Sequence record: MT161459.1
Reading direction: 5' to 3' (one strand)
Length of the DNA stretch: 64,000 bases
Shown: piece after piece, positions 8,589 to 19,036 of the stretch
Position numbering within the stretch: the first letter of the stretch is position 1
Layout of the letters: the number at the start of each line of letters is the position of its first letter
Notes under the pieces: model-generated
The model's database searches: none
Told to the model about the DNA's origin: nothing
Seen by the model: the letters and a program-made list of their open reading frames with translations, nothing else
Translations under genes and position numbers: made by a program

Positions 8589-10900
8589 ATGTAGATTTCA
8601 AGTGGATTGAGTATAAGAACATACTCTCGGTGGGCGCAAAGTCTATCCGAATCGATCTGGAAGGGTACAAGAAAACTCTGATCACTGGCCACAACGGTGC
8701 AGGCAAGAGTACCTCGATTGAGGCTCTCACCTTCCTGTGGTTCGGCAAAGCCTTCCGCGATATCAAGAAAGGACTTCTGGTCAATACCCTGAACAAGAAG
8801 GGGTTGTTGGTCGAAGGTGAGATCCAAGTTGGCAACAAGCTGATCTACGCTAAGCGCGGGATCAAACCTGACGTTTTCGAGATATCAGTCAATGGGACTC
8901 CTGTCGATAAAATGGCGTCCGTGACAGAGTTCCAACAGTATCTCGAAACTGAGCTGCTCGGATTCTCGTACGATAGCTTCAAACAGATCATCGTTCTCGG
9001 GACAGCTGGTTACACTCCATTCATGGAACTGCCAGCAGCTCAACGTCGGAGTCTGGTTGAAGATCTGCTCAACGTGTCGATCCTGGGAACTATGGACAAG
9101 GACAACAAGGCAGCTCTCAAACGGTGTAACACCCAAGCTGAGATTCTATCCAACCAAATGGATAGCCTTAGTCGCGAGCGGGACACCGCGGCATCCAGTA
9201 TTGCATCGCAGAAGGCTCAGATTGACGGACTGATCAACAAGAGCACCGCAGAGCTGATCGAGCTCGTTGGAACTGTCAAGACCCTCAAGGCAGATCGCGA
9301 TGTGAAGGCTGTGGAGATCGAGGGGCTCAAGTATCCAAAGTTCGATCAGTACCAAGAGCGGATCGATGAAGTCAACATGTCCAACGAATCTGATGACATC
9401 CTGCAGGGCATTGCTCACATCGAAGAGCTGATCGCAAATGATCCAAACGTCGTAGCTCAGGAGATCGCTAAGCTCGGTCCGGAACCTGTATTCGATGAGG
9501 CTGCATTCAATGCCATCATCGTTCCTACGGACGCGGATCTGACGGCCGCCATCTACGAGCTGACCAAAACTGTTCCAGATGAGTACGTCAGTCAAGAAAT
9601 CCCAGCTCCAGAGCTGTTGAACGTTGACTATGACTCGATGTTGGGTCAGGCTAACGACACTCGATCTCGCACCAAGATGAGGATCGAACAGATCCAGGAG
9701 CGTCAACGTCTGCTCGCGAATGGAGTGTGTCCGACCTGTAACCACGAGATTGACGCTAGCTGTAACCACGAGATCGATGACGAGTTGAGCGATCTCAGTC
9801 AACGGATGGACGACAATCTTCTGGTCATTTCCGACACAGAACGAAAGCGTGACGATCAAAAGGCCGAGAATGAACGCCGTATGCAGGCTCATCGAGATGC
9901 TGTGGCAGATAATGCTACCAAGCTGAACGAATATCAGCGAGCTACGGCTGCATACGTCGAGAAATGCAAGACGATGGAACGCGATCATCGCGATCTGGTT
10001 GCTGCACGCGAACGCGAACGAGAAGATCTGGTCCGTGCATTCGATACCTCCAAGATGGTGTGGAGTTCCAACAAGTTTGGGATAGAGAATGTCCACCAGT
10101 CCATGATCCTGTCGTGGAACAGCAATCTGAATAGTTACAGAGGACGTCTGCAGTTCCTCGAACGCGATAAGTCTGACAAGATTACCGCTATCAATAACGA
10201 GTACGAAACTGCGAAGACTGCAGTTGATCACCAACGTAGTTTGATGGAGGTAAATCTTGAGTCTCAAGAAAGACGTATTGAGTTGGAAACGACTAGAGCT
10301 CGATCTATCAAGACGCAGATCGATGAATGGAAAGCAACTGCGTTTGATGAGAGTGCAGTTACTGAAATTGAAGATCAGATCAAGGTTGTCCAAGCTGCCC
10401 GAGGAGAGACTCTTGCCGAGAAGCATGCCCGATCCATTATCGGAAACATGTTGAAAGACAACGGGATCAAAGCTCATATCGTGCGGAAGTACATCCCAGT
10501 CTTCAACAAGAAGATCAACGAGTATCTGACCACGTTGGGCGCGGACTATTGCTTTGCATTGGACGACAGTTTTAGCGAGACCATCAAATCCAGAGGTCGT
10601 GAAGAGTTCTGTTACGCATCATTCTCCGAAGGCGAGAAGGCTCGGATTAATCTCAGTTTGCTGTTTACTTGGCGAGATGTCTCCAGTATGGTGAGTGGCG
10701 TGCATGTCAACATGCTGTTCCTGGATGAAGTGTTTGATGGTAGCTGCGACGAAGCTGGGTTAAAGGGTATCAACAGTATCTTGGCCAAGATGAAATCTAA
10801 TGCTTATGTCATCTCACATCGTCCGGATGCATTGGATGACTCCTTCGACCGTCACATCGTCATGCACAAACAAGGTCGATTCACTACCATGGTGGAATAA
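8585..10900 (+). CDS. 46: Recombination ATPase gp46 (Rad50-like), elongated
   Basis: GHNGAGKST, CPTC zinc hook, FSEGEKARI signature, FLDEVFDG; 771 aa. Confidence 0.96.
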   Translation: MNVDFKWIEYKNILSVGAKSIRIDLEGYKKTLITGHNGAGKSTSIEALTFLWFGKAFRDIKKGLLVNTLNKKGLLVEGEIQVGNKLIYAKRGIKPDVFEISVNGTPVDKMASVTEFQQYLETELLGFSYDSFKQIIVLGTAGYTPFMELPAAQRRSLVEDLLNVSILGTMDKDNKAALKRCNTQAEILSNQMDSLSRERDTAASSIASQKAQIDGLINKSTAELIELVGTVKTLKADRDVKAVEIEGLKYPKFDQYQERIDEVNMSNESDDILQGIAHIEELIANDPNVVAQEIAKLGPEPVFDEAAFNAIIVPTDADLTAAIYELTKTVPDEYVSQEIPAPELLNVDYDSMLGQANDTRSRTKMRIEQIQERQRLLANGVCPTCNHEIDASCNHEIDDELSDLSQRMDDNLLVISDTERKRDDQKAENERRMQAHRDAVADNATKLNEYQRATAAYVEKCKTMERDHRDLVAAREREREDLVRAFDTSKMVWSSNKFGIENVHQSMILSWNSNLNSYRGRLQFLERDKSDKITAINNEYETAKTAVDHQRSLMEVNLESQERRIELETTRARSIKTQIDEWKATAFDESAVTEIEDQIKVVQAARGETLAEKHARSIIGNMLKDNGIKAHIVRKYIPVFNKKINEYLTTLGADYCFALDDSFSETIKSRGREEFCYASFSEGEKARINLSLLFTWRDVSSMVSGVHVNMLFLDEVFDGSCDEAGLKGINSILAKMKSNAYVISHRPDALDDSFDRHIVMHKQGRFTTMVE

Positions 10901-11077
10901 GTGTTTGACAATATAGAGGAGACGTTCCCAGATGTAGAGTTCTGGGTTCTCTCCAGCAAAGTAACTGAGCACGAGATTGCGATTACGCGCGCTCAGTTAG
11001 TTGAGACATTCGGAGAAGACCGATTGGTCAAGATCCATAACGGATTTGACAGATATTGGGCGGCGTGGAAGCGATGA
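10901..11077 (+). CDS. 45.2: Conserved T4-like protein gp45.2 (58 aa, below the ORF-track cutoff)
   Basis: Manual translation MFDNIEETFPDVEFWVLSSKVTEHEIAITRAQLVETFGEDRLVKIHNGFDRYWAAWKR; GTG start right after the gp46 stop; synteny. Confidence 0.65.
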   Translation: MFDNIEETFPDVEFWVLSSKVTEHEIAITRAQLVETFGEDRLVKIHNGFDRYWAAWKR

Positions 11078-11244
11078 TAGATCGAATAATTTTGGGATTG
11101 TTGTTCGTTCCGTTATGGATAATAATCCTAGTTTACTTCTGCGTTAGATCGTGTAAGATGAGCTCTCCTGAGAGACGTAAGATGAATTCTCATCTGAGCT
11201 CATCACTCCAACGTTACACAAATTTTATTATGAGAGGTTTATAA
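11074..11244 (+). CDS. Small predicted membrane protein
   Basis: Hydrophobic IILGLLFVPLWIIILVYFCV; ATGA overlap with the upstream ORF. Confidence 0.55.
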   Translation: MIDRIILGLLFVPLWIIILVYFCVRSCKMSSPERRKMNSHLSSSLQRYTNFIMRGL

Positions 11245-11519
11245 TGGCTGTTACTACCGAATCTGCTGCATTCTTTCACAAAAATCTGGCTCGCTCTGCA
11301 CTGAGAGCTCTTTCAGCTCAACTTCGTGCAACTACACAGTTCATGACGCGTGACGAACGCTTCGCTCTGTATGAGGAGTTAGATGAACGAGTTATTCGAG
11401 AAGCTGTTCGCCTCTCACAAGAACACAAACAAACCAATCGGAACAAGGTCGAGTTCGATCTGTTCTTCCCAACTGCTGCTGCCAACGTCGTTGACGCATA
11501 CACCAAAACAGGAAACTAA
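11244..11519 (+). CDS. rpbA: RNA polymerase binding protein RpbA-like
   Basis: RFALYEELDERVIREAVRLSQEH resembles T4 RpbA [23 protein letters not shown]; directly before gene 45. Confidence 0.7.
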   Translation: MAVTTESAAFFHKNLARSALRALSAQLRATTQFMTRDERFALYEELDERVIREAVRLSQEHKQTNRNKVEFDLFFPTAAANVVDAYTKTGN

Positions 11520-12179
11520 ATGAAACTGTCCAAATCTACTATGGAAGTACTGGCTAACTTTGCAACTATCAATCCGTCAGCAATGGTCAAGCCAGGCAAG
11601 TTCATCAACACCAAAAGTATCAACAACGTGATCTACGCAGAAGCGACTCTGGAAGACGAGATCGATATCACTGCTGGGATCTACAGTCTGTCCGAATTCC
11701 TGGGCATTGTTGGCATCGTCGGATCTGATAGCGTAGTGACTGAAGACAAAGAATTCATCACCATCGCTGCTGGTCGTTCCAAGAGTCGTTTGAAAATGGC
11801 AGATCCGTCTACCATCGTGCATCCGAAGAAGGCTATCAATTTCCCCGTAGCGGACGTAATGTTCGAGATGGGCGAAAGCGAATTCAACCAGATCAAGAGT
11901 GCTGCTTCTGGTATGGGCATGACCACTCTGTGCTTCTTCAACAAAGATGGTCGCATATTTGCAGGGGTGTCCAGCGAGACCAGCGAGAACAGCTATCAGG
12001 TTGAGCTGGCAGACTACGACGGTACCGCAACTTTTGAGTTCGTCCTGCAATTCGCAAACATGAAGATGATCAAGGGCAAGTATCAGGTCATGATCGCCAA
12101 AGAAGGCGCTGTCATGTTCAAGGGCGAGCGTATCAATTACGTAGTTGCTCTCGACGAGAAATCCAAGTACACTGCTTAA
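11520..12179 (+). CDS. 45: Sliding clamp gp45
   Basis: MKLSKSTMEVLANFATINPS, IYSLSEFL; synteny. Confidence 0.97.
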   Translation: MKLSKSTMEVLANFATINPSAMVKPGKFINTKSINNVIYAEATLEDEIDITAGIYSLSEFLGIVGIVGSDSVVTEDKEFITIAAGRSKSRLKMADPSTIVHPKKAINFPVADVMFEMGESEFNQIKSAASGMGMTTLCFFNKDGRIFAGVSSETSENSYQVELADYDGTATFEFVLQFANMKMIKGKYQVMIAKEGAVMFKGERINYVVALDEKSKYTA

Positions 12180-12229
12180 TCCGTCTACGAGCCAGGCAAC
12201 TGGCTCTTTATTATCCAGAGGAATAGAAA

Positions 12230-13189
12230 ATGATTAGTGTTGATACTACGCAATGGATGTGGGAACAGAAATTCCGTCCGCAGAGCTTAGCGGAGTGCAT
12301 TCTCCCAGCTCACGATCTGGCTGCCTTCAAGGGAGCTATCGAGTCAGGTCGTATCGCTCACACTCTGCTGTATTCAAAGAAGCCAGGAACTGGTAAGACT
12401 ACAATGGCTCACGTCTTGTGTGCTGAGATTGACGCCGAAGTAATGTTTATCAGTGGCGGCAATCTGCGTATCGACGACCTTCGTGGAGATCTGACTGCAT
12501 TCGCAAGCACCATGACCACCAAACCTGGCGGCAAAGTTATCATCATCGATGAAGCTGATAACAAAGGCATGAAAGCAGTGCAGGAAGAACTTCGATCTTG
12601 GATGGAGGCTTATAGCCATAACTGCTCAGTCATTATGACTTGCAACCACATCGAAGCTATCATTCCGCATCTGCAGTCACGTTGCGACACCATCGAGTTC
12701 GGCAATCCGACAGCCGAAGACAAGAAGCGGATGATGATCGAAATGGTCAAACGCTGCATCGAGATGTGCAAAATCCAGGAAGTTGAAGTTGAGAATAACA
12801 AGATCATTCTGGCATTGGTTCAGAAGAACTTCCCAGACTTCCGGAAGACTGTGACTGAGCTCGGTGGGTACGCTAAGTGTGGGAAGATCGATGCTGGAGT
12901 TCTGACTCGAGCAACCCAAGCAACTGAGGATCTTGATGAGCTGATCATCATGCTCCGAAATAAGAAGCTGGGTGACGTTCGTGGAATGGTTCCGAAGTTC
13001 ACTGTCGACTACGGTAACTTCATCACTAAGCTGTACGAGCGTCTGTTCCTGGAAATCCAACCCGCAAGCATCCGGACGTTAGTCAAGATCGTGGCAGAGA
13101 ACCAGAAGTACGCCAACGGCATTCCGAATCTGGAAATCCATCTATTCGATCTCCTGGCAGACATCGCAATGGAGTTGACCTGGAAATGA
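12230..13189 (+). CDS. 44: Clamp loader large subunit gp44
   Basis: WEQKFRPQSLAECILP, PGTGKTT, IIIDEAD, LQSRC. Confidence 0.97.
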   Translation: MISVDTTQWMWEQKFRPQSLAECILPAHDLAAFKGAIESGRIAHTLLYSKKPGTGKTTMAHVLCAEIDAEVMFISGGNLRIDDLRGDLTAFASTMTTKPGGKVIIIDEADNKGMKAVQEELRSWMEAYSHNCSVIMTCNHIEAIIPHLQSRCDTIEFGNPTAEDKKRMMIEMVKRCIEMCKIQEVEVENNKIILALVQKNFPDFRKTVTELGGYAKCGKIDAGVLTRATQATEDLDELIIMLRNKKLGDVRGMVPKFTVDYGNFITKLYERLFLEIQPASIRTLVKIVAENQKYANGIPNLEIHLFDLLADIAMELTWK

Positions 13190-13767
13190 GTCTAGCCTTC
13201 TTAGGCGAAGAACAACTGAATGAGCACGAAATAGCATGGCGGTCCAGAGATTGGGCCGCAGTCAAAGAGCTTGCTAAGCAGTTCAAGGTACCTGCTGAGC
13301 GTAGTTTGTTTGATATCATCGCTAACGTAACTCAAAAGACTGGTCACAAACCAGTTGAATGCTTCGCAGAATATGACCAGCACAATATCAATCTAGCTCT
13401 CAGTCAGCATGTATCCATGAGCGGGTATGCATCGGAGCTGAATCAGATGGAAGGGTATATCTCAGATCAGATGCACTACGACTATCTGTATTTCTCTGTG
13501 CGAACTGTTACTCTTCCGAGGATCAAGTTTGCTAAGCTGTCTGAGGATTGGGAGTACAAGATCATGATCCGAATGATCGCACGTCACTTCCAAGTATCTG
13601 TACCGCGAGCGCAAGAGTATCTGTCTGAGTTTTCAGAAGAGCAAGTTGCACACCTCAAGAAATTATTCGGACCAACGATCACTGGTCCAGATAGCGAGTT
13701 CTTGAAGTTCCTTCCAAATAAGACCGAGCGGACTAAGATGCATTCGAGCATTAAGTCGTCTTGGTAA
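13186..13767 (+). CDS. 62: Clamp loader small subunit gp62
   Basis: Between 44 and regA; N.ALSQH, QMHYDYL pattern. Confidence 0.9.
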   Translation: MSLAFLGEEQLNEHEIAWRSRDWAAVKELAKQFKVPAERSLFDIIANVTQKTGHKPVECFAEYDQHNINLALSQHVSMSGYASELNQMEGYISDQMHYDYLYFSVRTVTLPRIKFAKLSEDWEYKIMIRMIARHFQVSVPRAQEYLSEFSEEQVAHLKKLFGPTITGPDSEFLKFLPNKTERTKMHSSIKSSW

Positions 13768-13776
13768 GGAGTTGTT

Positions 13777-14130
13777 ATGCTAGAGATTAAACTGACTGAT
13801 CCGGATTGCTTTTTGAAGATCAAAGAGACCCTGACACGTATGGGGATCGCAAACGGTCAAGAACACAAGCTGTATCAAAGCTGTCACATCATTTTCCGTC
13901 GCGGAAAATACTACATCGCTCACTTCAAAGAATTGTTGGAATCTGACGGGAATACCGTTGACATTTCCGCCGAAGACCTCGATCGTCGTGATGACATTAC
14001 ACATCTACTCGCAGAGTGGAAACTGTGTACAATCGTTCGCGACTTCCCCAGAGTTGGCAACAACTTCTTCAAAGTCATTCCGCATCGCAACAAAGGCGAT
14101 TGGGAACTGATCTCCAAGTACCAATTTTAA
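13777..14130 (+). CDS. regA: Translational repressor RegA
   Basis: FLKIKETLTRMGIAN...LYQSCHI...YYIAHFKEL. Confidence 0.97.
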   Translation: MLEIKLTDPDCFLKIKETLTRMGIANGQEHKLYQSCHIIFRRGKYYIAHFKELLESDGNTVDISAEDLDRRDDITHLLAEWKLCTIVRDFPRVGNNFFKVIPHRNKGDWELISKYQF

Positions 14131-14203
14131 TTCACGAGCTCCTCGTAAGAGGGGCTCTCCTAGATGTGAGCTGTTAATAGGCCACACTAACACAGGAGCT
14201 TTA

Positions 14204-16936
14204 ATGTACTACACCAACGTAACTACGAACGGCAGTCAGATTCTCGAACGGTATACCGACGACAACGGCAAAGATTGTTATCGGAAGGTGGACTTTGCTC
14301 CATCGCTGTTCAAGCACAGTCCAACTGGCAACCTGAAAGACATCTACGGTAAGTCAGTTCAGGAAGTAGAGTTCGAGAACATGGCTGGCGCTCGAGCATG
14401 GATGAAGAGTATGAAGGACATTAACCGAGAGTGTCTCGGTCAAGATGACTTCATCCTGCAATACGCGTACAATACGTATCCAGATCGCATCAACTACAAC
14501 ACCAAAGATCTCGACATTGGGTTCTTGGATATCGAAGTGCCGACTAATGGTCCTTTCCCAAAGCCATCAATTTGTAAATGGGAAATCGATGCAATCTGTC
14601 AGTACAGCACCAAGCGTGATACTTTCCACCTGTTTACCACGCGTCCGTGGGATAAGGCGAAGAGTGTTCTGATCAAGGATGATGATGGCAAGGACTGCGA
14701 TATTCTGGATCGCGTAGACTATCGATTCTACGCAACCGAGAAAGAGATGCTGATCGGATATCTGCGGTTCTTCCGTGAGTTTACTCCGCACGTCTTGACT
14801 GGCTGGAATACGGAGAAGTTCGATATTCCGTACATCATTCGACGCATGAGCATTGTGCTTGGCGAGAAGTTTGCTCAGAAACTTAGTCCATGGGACAAGG
14901 TCAAAGAGAAGCTGATCATTGCAGAGGACGGTGACGAGGACGATGAGAACGATCAGACATTCACGTACGATATTACTGGCGTCAGCTGTATCGACTATAT
15001 GAACGCGTACAAGAAGTTTACATTCACGACTAGACCATCTTATAAGTTGGACTACATCGGGATGATCGAACTCGGGATGCGTAAATTGGAGATGAGTCAC
15101 AAGACGTATCTGGCATTCAGTCAAAACGATCCACAACGGTACATCGACTATAACATTCGAGACGTTGATTTGTTGACACGACTGGATAACCGATTGAGCT
15201 TGTTCGAGCTGATCATTTCTATCGGGTACTACGCAAAGATTAACTTCGCGAACACATTCAGTCCGATCAAGACGTGGGATGCAATCATCCACAATAGTCT
15301 GATCGTCCAAGGGATTGTTGTTCCAGAAAACAAGACTGAGGTCAAGCAACGGTATGCTGGTGCATTCGTTAAGGATCCGATTATGGGGTTCAAGCGTTGG
15401 ATCCTATCATTCGACTTGACGTCTCTGTATCCACATGAGATCTTCCAGTACAACATCAGTCCAGAAACTTTGGTTGATCAGTATCCGATGACGCGCACAT
15501 TCGTCAAAGACCGTTTCATTACGGAATTGACTGGTATGGGTTTGGTGGACGGCACTTGGGTAGTTCCTCACGAAGGGTATTCATTTGCTCCGAACGGTTG
15601 TCGTTATCGCAAGGACAAACGTGGCATCCTGCCGATCGAGATCGAGAAGGTGTTCTTGCAGCGTAAAGCAGCTAAGAAAGCTGAATTCCATGCCGATAAA
15701 TTGGCATCAGCAGCGTACAACATCATCGTGGAACGGACAGAAGCTGGGATCACAGTACCGGAAACGGTTCAGTACAAGGCTAGGTTCGACTTTACGGATG
15801 AAGAGCTCCGTCAGCTGACTAACGCTCAGTTGGAACAGTTTATCAAGGATGCTCGTCACGAAGAGAAGATGCAGAACGTTATGCAACAAGCTCGTAAGGT
15901 ACTGATCAACAGTGCTTATGGTGCTTGCGGATCTGCTTTCTTCCGGTACTACGACACTCGTCTCGCAGAAAGTATCACAACTGGTGGTCAATTGTCCATT
16001 CGTTGGATCATGCGCAAGATGAACGAGTACATGAACAGACTGTGTAGCACCGCGGATGTGGACTACATTGTGTACGGTGACACTGACTCGATCTATGTGA
16101 ACTTTGAACCGTTTATCAACATCATGGCTGCTAAGAAGGGATGCAAGCCGGAAGACATCGAGACTATCAAATGGGTGGACTTCTTGGATAAATTTGCCAA
16201 GACCAAAGTCGAACCGTTTATCAATGAGTCATACGAAGAGCTGGCAGTCTACATGAACGCTTACGATCAGCGGATGTTTATGGATCGAGAGATCATCGCG
16301 GATACAGCATTCTGGACCAAGAAGAAACGGTATGCAGCTAACGTGTGGGATTCAGAAGGTAAGCGTCAGTATGACGAACACGGTAACGTGGTACCGAAGT
16401 TGAAGATCATGGGTATCGAGACACAACGGTCGAGTACTCCAGTGTTTGCTGGTAAGTCTCTGAAAGAAGCGATCAAGATCATCCTGACCAAAGGTGAGAA
16501 GGCTCTACAGGATCACGTAGCAGAAGTCAAGGCTGCTTATCCGAAGAAGGACTACAGAGAGATTGCGTCTGTATCTAGTGCCAACAACATTGAAAAGAAC
16601 CACAACAACTACGTTCCAGTTAGTGGGTGTCCTGGCCACATCAAAGCAGCTCTGGCGTACAACAAGACTGCTGCATCAGCTAACGTGTCTCCGATCGCTG
16701 ACGGCGAGAAGATTCAAGTTATCATGCTGAAAGAGCCAAATAAGTTACATTCTCCGACTCTGGCATTTCCGTCAGGAGAAACCATTCCAGCGGAGTTTGG
16801 ATTGGACATTGCACGGACCATCGACTACATCGGGATGTATAACAAACACTTCCTGAAACCGATGGATGTGTTGTGTGGGGCTGTAGGTTGGAATAGTTCC
16901 AAAGTAGTCACATTGAGTTCCATGTTTGACTTCTAG
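14204..16936 (+). CDS. 43: Family B DNA polymerase gp43
   Basis: Exonuclease DIEV, LSFDLTSLYP, KVLINSAYG, YGDTDS, KKRYA; single 910-aa gene. Confidence 0.99.
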   Translation: MYYTNVTTNGSQILERYTDDNGKDCYRKVDFAPSLFKHSPTGNLKDIYGKSVQEVEFENMAGARAWMKSMKDINRECLGQDDFILQYAYNTYPDRINYNTKDLDIGFLDIEVPTNGPFPKPSICKWEIDAICQYSTKRDTFHLFTTRPWDKAKSVLIKDDDGKDCDILDRVDYRFYATEKEMLIGYLRFFREFTPHVLTGWNTEKFDIPYIIRRMSIVLGEKFAQKLSPWDKVKEKLIIAEDGDEDDENDQTFTYDITGVSCIDYMNAYKKFTFTTRPSYKLDYIGMIELGMRKLEMSHKTYLAFSQNDPQRYIDYNIRDVDLLTRLDNRLSLFELIISIGYYAKINFANTFSPIKTWDAIIHNSLIVQGIVVPENKTEVKQRYAGAFVKDPIMGFKRWILSFDLTSLYPHEIFQYNISPETLVDQYPMTRTFVKDRFITELTGMGLVDGTWVVPHEGYSFAPNGCRYRKDKRGILPIEIEKVFLQRKAAKKAEFHADKLASAAYNIIVERTEAGITVPETVQYKARFDFTDEELRQLTNAQLEQFIKDARHEEKMQNVMQQARKVLINSAYGACGSAFFRYYDTRLAESITTGGQLSIRWIMRKMNEYMNRLCSTADVDYIVYGDTDSIYVNFEPFINIMAAKKGCKPEDIETIKWVDFLDKFAKTKVEPFINESYEELAVYMNAYDQRMFMDREIIADTAFWTKKKRYAANVWDSEGKRQYDEHGNVVPKLKIMGIETQRSSTPVFAGKSLKEAIKIILTKGEKALQDHVAEVKAAYPKKDYREIASVSSANNIEKNHNNYVPVSGCPGHIKAALAYNKTAASANVSPIADGEKIQVIMLKEPNKLHSPTLAFPSGETIPAEFGLDIARTIDYIGMYNKHFLKPMDVLCGAVGWNSSKVVTLSSMFDF

Positions 16937-16943
16937 TTTGTAG

Positions 16944-16978
16944 TTTATACCGCTTTCGGGGTGAGTGATAATCACCCC
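16944..16978 (+). promoter_or_regulatory. Promoter for uvsX with a palindrome over the -10
   Basis: TTTATA-N17-GATAAT; GGGGTGA/TCACCCC 7-bp inverted repeat spans the -10. Confidence 0.55.
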
Positions 16979-17002
16979 ACAACTGATAAAGGAAACAATC
17001 TA

Positions 17003-18232
17003 ATGGCAAAAGCTCCAACCGAAAAAGCGCTGAGCGCACTAATCTCTAAACTGTCTGGCACATCATCCAACAAGATGAGCGCTGTCCTGAGCGAGAGTCA
17101 ATTCTTTGACGGCAAAGACGTGATCCGCACGCGCGTACCTCTTTTGAATCTGGCGATGTCCGGTGAACTAGATGGCGGCATCACTGCTGGCCTGACTGTA
17201 TTTGCCGGTCCATCCAAGCATTTCAAATCCAACCTGTCGCTGGTGAACATCGCAGCATATATGCGGAAATATTCCGATGCAGTATGTCTGTTCTTCGACA
17301 ACGAGTTTGGTAGTACTCCGAGCTACTTCGAATCTCAAGGGATCGACATTAGCCGAGTGATCCACTGTCCGTTCAAGAACATCGAAGAACTGAAGTTCGA
17401 TATGATCAAGAAGTTGGAAGCGATCAAGCGTGGCGATCGTGTCATTTTCTTCGTGGATTCTGTTGGTAACGCTGCATCCAAGAAGGAAGTTGATGACGCT
17501 ATCGATGAGAAGGCCGTATCGGACATGACTCGTGCCAAGCAGATCAAGAGCTTGACACGAATGATTACTCCGTACCTAACTCTGTTGGACATTCCGTGCA
17601 TCCTCGTGGCACATACGTACGATACGCAAGAAATGCACTCCAAGAAGGTGGTTTCTGGCGGTACTGGTATCATGTACTCTGCAGACACTGTGATCGTGAT
17701 CGGACGTCAACAAGAGAAGGAAGGTACCGAGATCGTTGGGTACAGCTTCATTCTGAACATCGAGAAATCTCGCTTCGTGAAAGAAAAGAGCAAGTTGCCA
17801 TTGACAGTAACTTTCGAAGGTGGTATCAACACCTACACCGGTTTGCTGGACATCGCTACCGAGCTGGGGTTCGTCGTGAAGCCTTCCAATGGATGGTTCT
17901 GCCGAGCGTTCCTGGATCTCGAAACTGGCGAGATGGTTGCCGAAGAGAAGAAATGGCGTCGCAAGGACACCGACTGTCTCGAGTTCTGGAAGAAACTGTT
18001 CAACCACGCTCCATTCAAAGATGCATGTCGCGATCGATACAAGCTCAGCTCCGTTTCGGTCAGTGATGAAGTGCTCAATGAAGTTGACGATCTGTTCTCC
18101 GGTACTGATGACGAAGAGACTCTGCCACTGCGCGAATCTCTGCCAGTCTCAGACAACGAAGTCGATCAACTATTTGACGAAGAAGAGTTTGAAGACGAAG
18201 ATGAGTTATACCGGAAGATCGAAGAAGAGTAA
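17003..18232 (+). CDS. uvsX: RecA-like recombinase UvsX
   Basis: FAGPSKHFKS, FFDNEFG, DMTRAKQIKSL, SGGTGIMYSAD. Confidence 0.98.
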   Translation: MAKAPTEKALSALISKLSGTSSNKMSAVLSESQFFDGKDVIRTRVPLLNLAMSGELDGGITAGLTVFAGPSKHFKSNLSLVNIAAYMRKYSDAVCLFFDNEFGSTPSYFESQGIDISRVIHCPFKNIEELKFDMIKKLEAIKRGDRVIFFVDSVGNAASKKEVDDAIDEKAVSDMTRAKQIKSLTRMITPYLTLLDIPCILVAHTYDTQEMHSKKVVSGGTGIMYSADTVIVIGRQQEKEGTEIVGYSFILNIEKSRFVKEKSKLPLTVTFEGGINTYTGLLDIATELGFVVKPSNGWFCRAFLDLETGEMVAEEKKWRRKDTDCLEFWKKLFNHAPFKDACRDRYKLSSVSVSDEVLNEVDDLFSGTDDEETLPLRESLPVSDNEVDQLFDEEEFEDEDELYRKIEEE

Positions 18233-18237
18233 TGATG

Positions 18238-18281
18238 AGGGGCGCAAGCCCCTTTACTTTTATGCAGAGATAGCGTAACGT
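18238..18281 (+). promoter_or_regulatory. Hairpin plus sigma70-type promoter
   Basis: GGGGC-GCAA-GCCCC hairpin, then TTTACT-N17-TAACGT. Confidence 0.55.
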
Positions 18282-18310
18282 ACGTAGTAGAGATCACACG
18301 GAGAAACAAG

Positions 18311-19036
18311 ATGGTTTTCGATGAAAAGTATTGCGTTCGGTGGCATGACGGCAAAATCTCGTATCACACTCTGTACGAGCTAATGACTACTCCCAAGTAC
18401 CATCGACTTGAACGATTCGGTATGGTCCACCACCCAGTTCTACGGTCATCATACGGCTTTGAGATGGAGTACAATCGTCGTCAGCAGGTGGCGTTCAACG
18501 GATTGACATACCAGTTCCGTCACCAAGTATTCATAGAGCCTGATCGTGTATGGAATCGTTTTGGGCATTACGAGACCAAACATTACGCGGTATATGAAGG
18601 GGTTATCTATGACGGGTTCGATCGTCCGATGGATCCACGCGACATTGTAGCCGCATTTGACGCTATCTATACTCACAAAACTAAAGAACCCAAGGGACGC
18701 GGTCGCTGGAATAGTCGAGACTATGGCGCCAAACGAGGTGTGTATGGCTACCGTCCCAAGCGTCGAGTGCGTCGAAGCATGGAGGAATATCTCCTGTCGA
18801 AGCATCACGACAACTCCGTTCCACAAGAGTTTATGGACCTCCCTGCAGAAGAATGTCACGTCAACTGCTTCGAGCAACTAGATGATGCTTGGGATCACGT
18901 TCGCGAGCCGAAGATTCGCCAGACTAGCATGGTCGCGTCATTCTATCGGTGGGACGCTTGGTGGGATTCCAAGCCGCGAGACATCGAGAAGAGCTGGAAA
19001 TACCAAAGCAAAAGGAAACAACAGTGGAAGGCATAA
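18311..19036 (+). CDS. Basic, aromatic-rich hypothetical protein inserted between uvsX and 40
   Basis: 241 aa, GGAG SD; C-terminus PRDIEKSWKYQSKRKQQWK. Confidence 0.75.
   Translation: MVFDEKYCVRWHDGKISYHTLYELMTTPKYHRLERFGMVHHPVLRSSYGFEMEYNRRQQVAFNGLTYQFRHQVFIEPDRVWNRFGHYETKHYAVYEGVIYDGFDRPMDPRDIVAAFDAIYTHKTKEPKGRGRWNSRDYGAKRGVYGYRPKRRVRRSMEEYLLSKHHDNSVPQEFMDLPAEECHVNCFEQLDDAWDHVREPKIRQTSMVASFYRWDAWWDSKPRDIEKSWKYQSKRKQQWKA

Noticed and set aside
9146-10477. Long antisense ORF opposite gene 46 (also 14567-15349, 42242-42790, 54626-55171, 57557-58375 and many others)
   Set aside because: They shadow well-supported genes, lack SDs and motifs, and are expected from codon bias in a ~48% GC coding strand.
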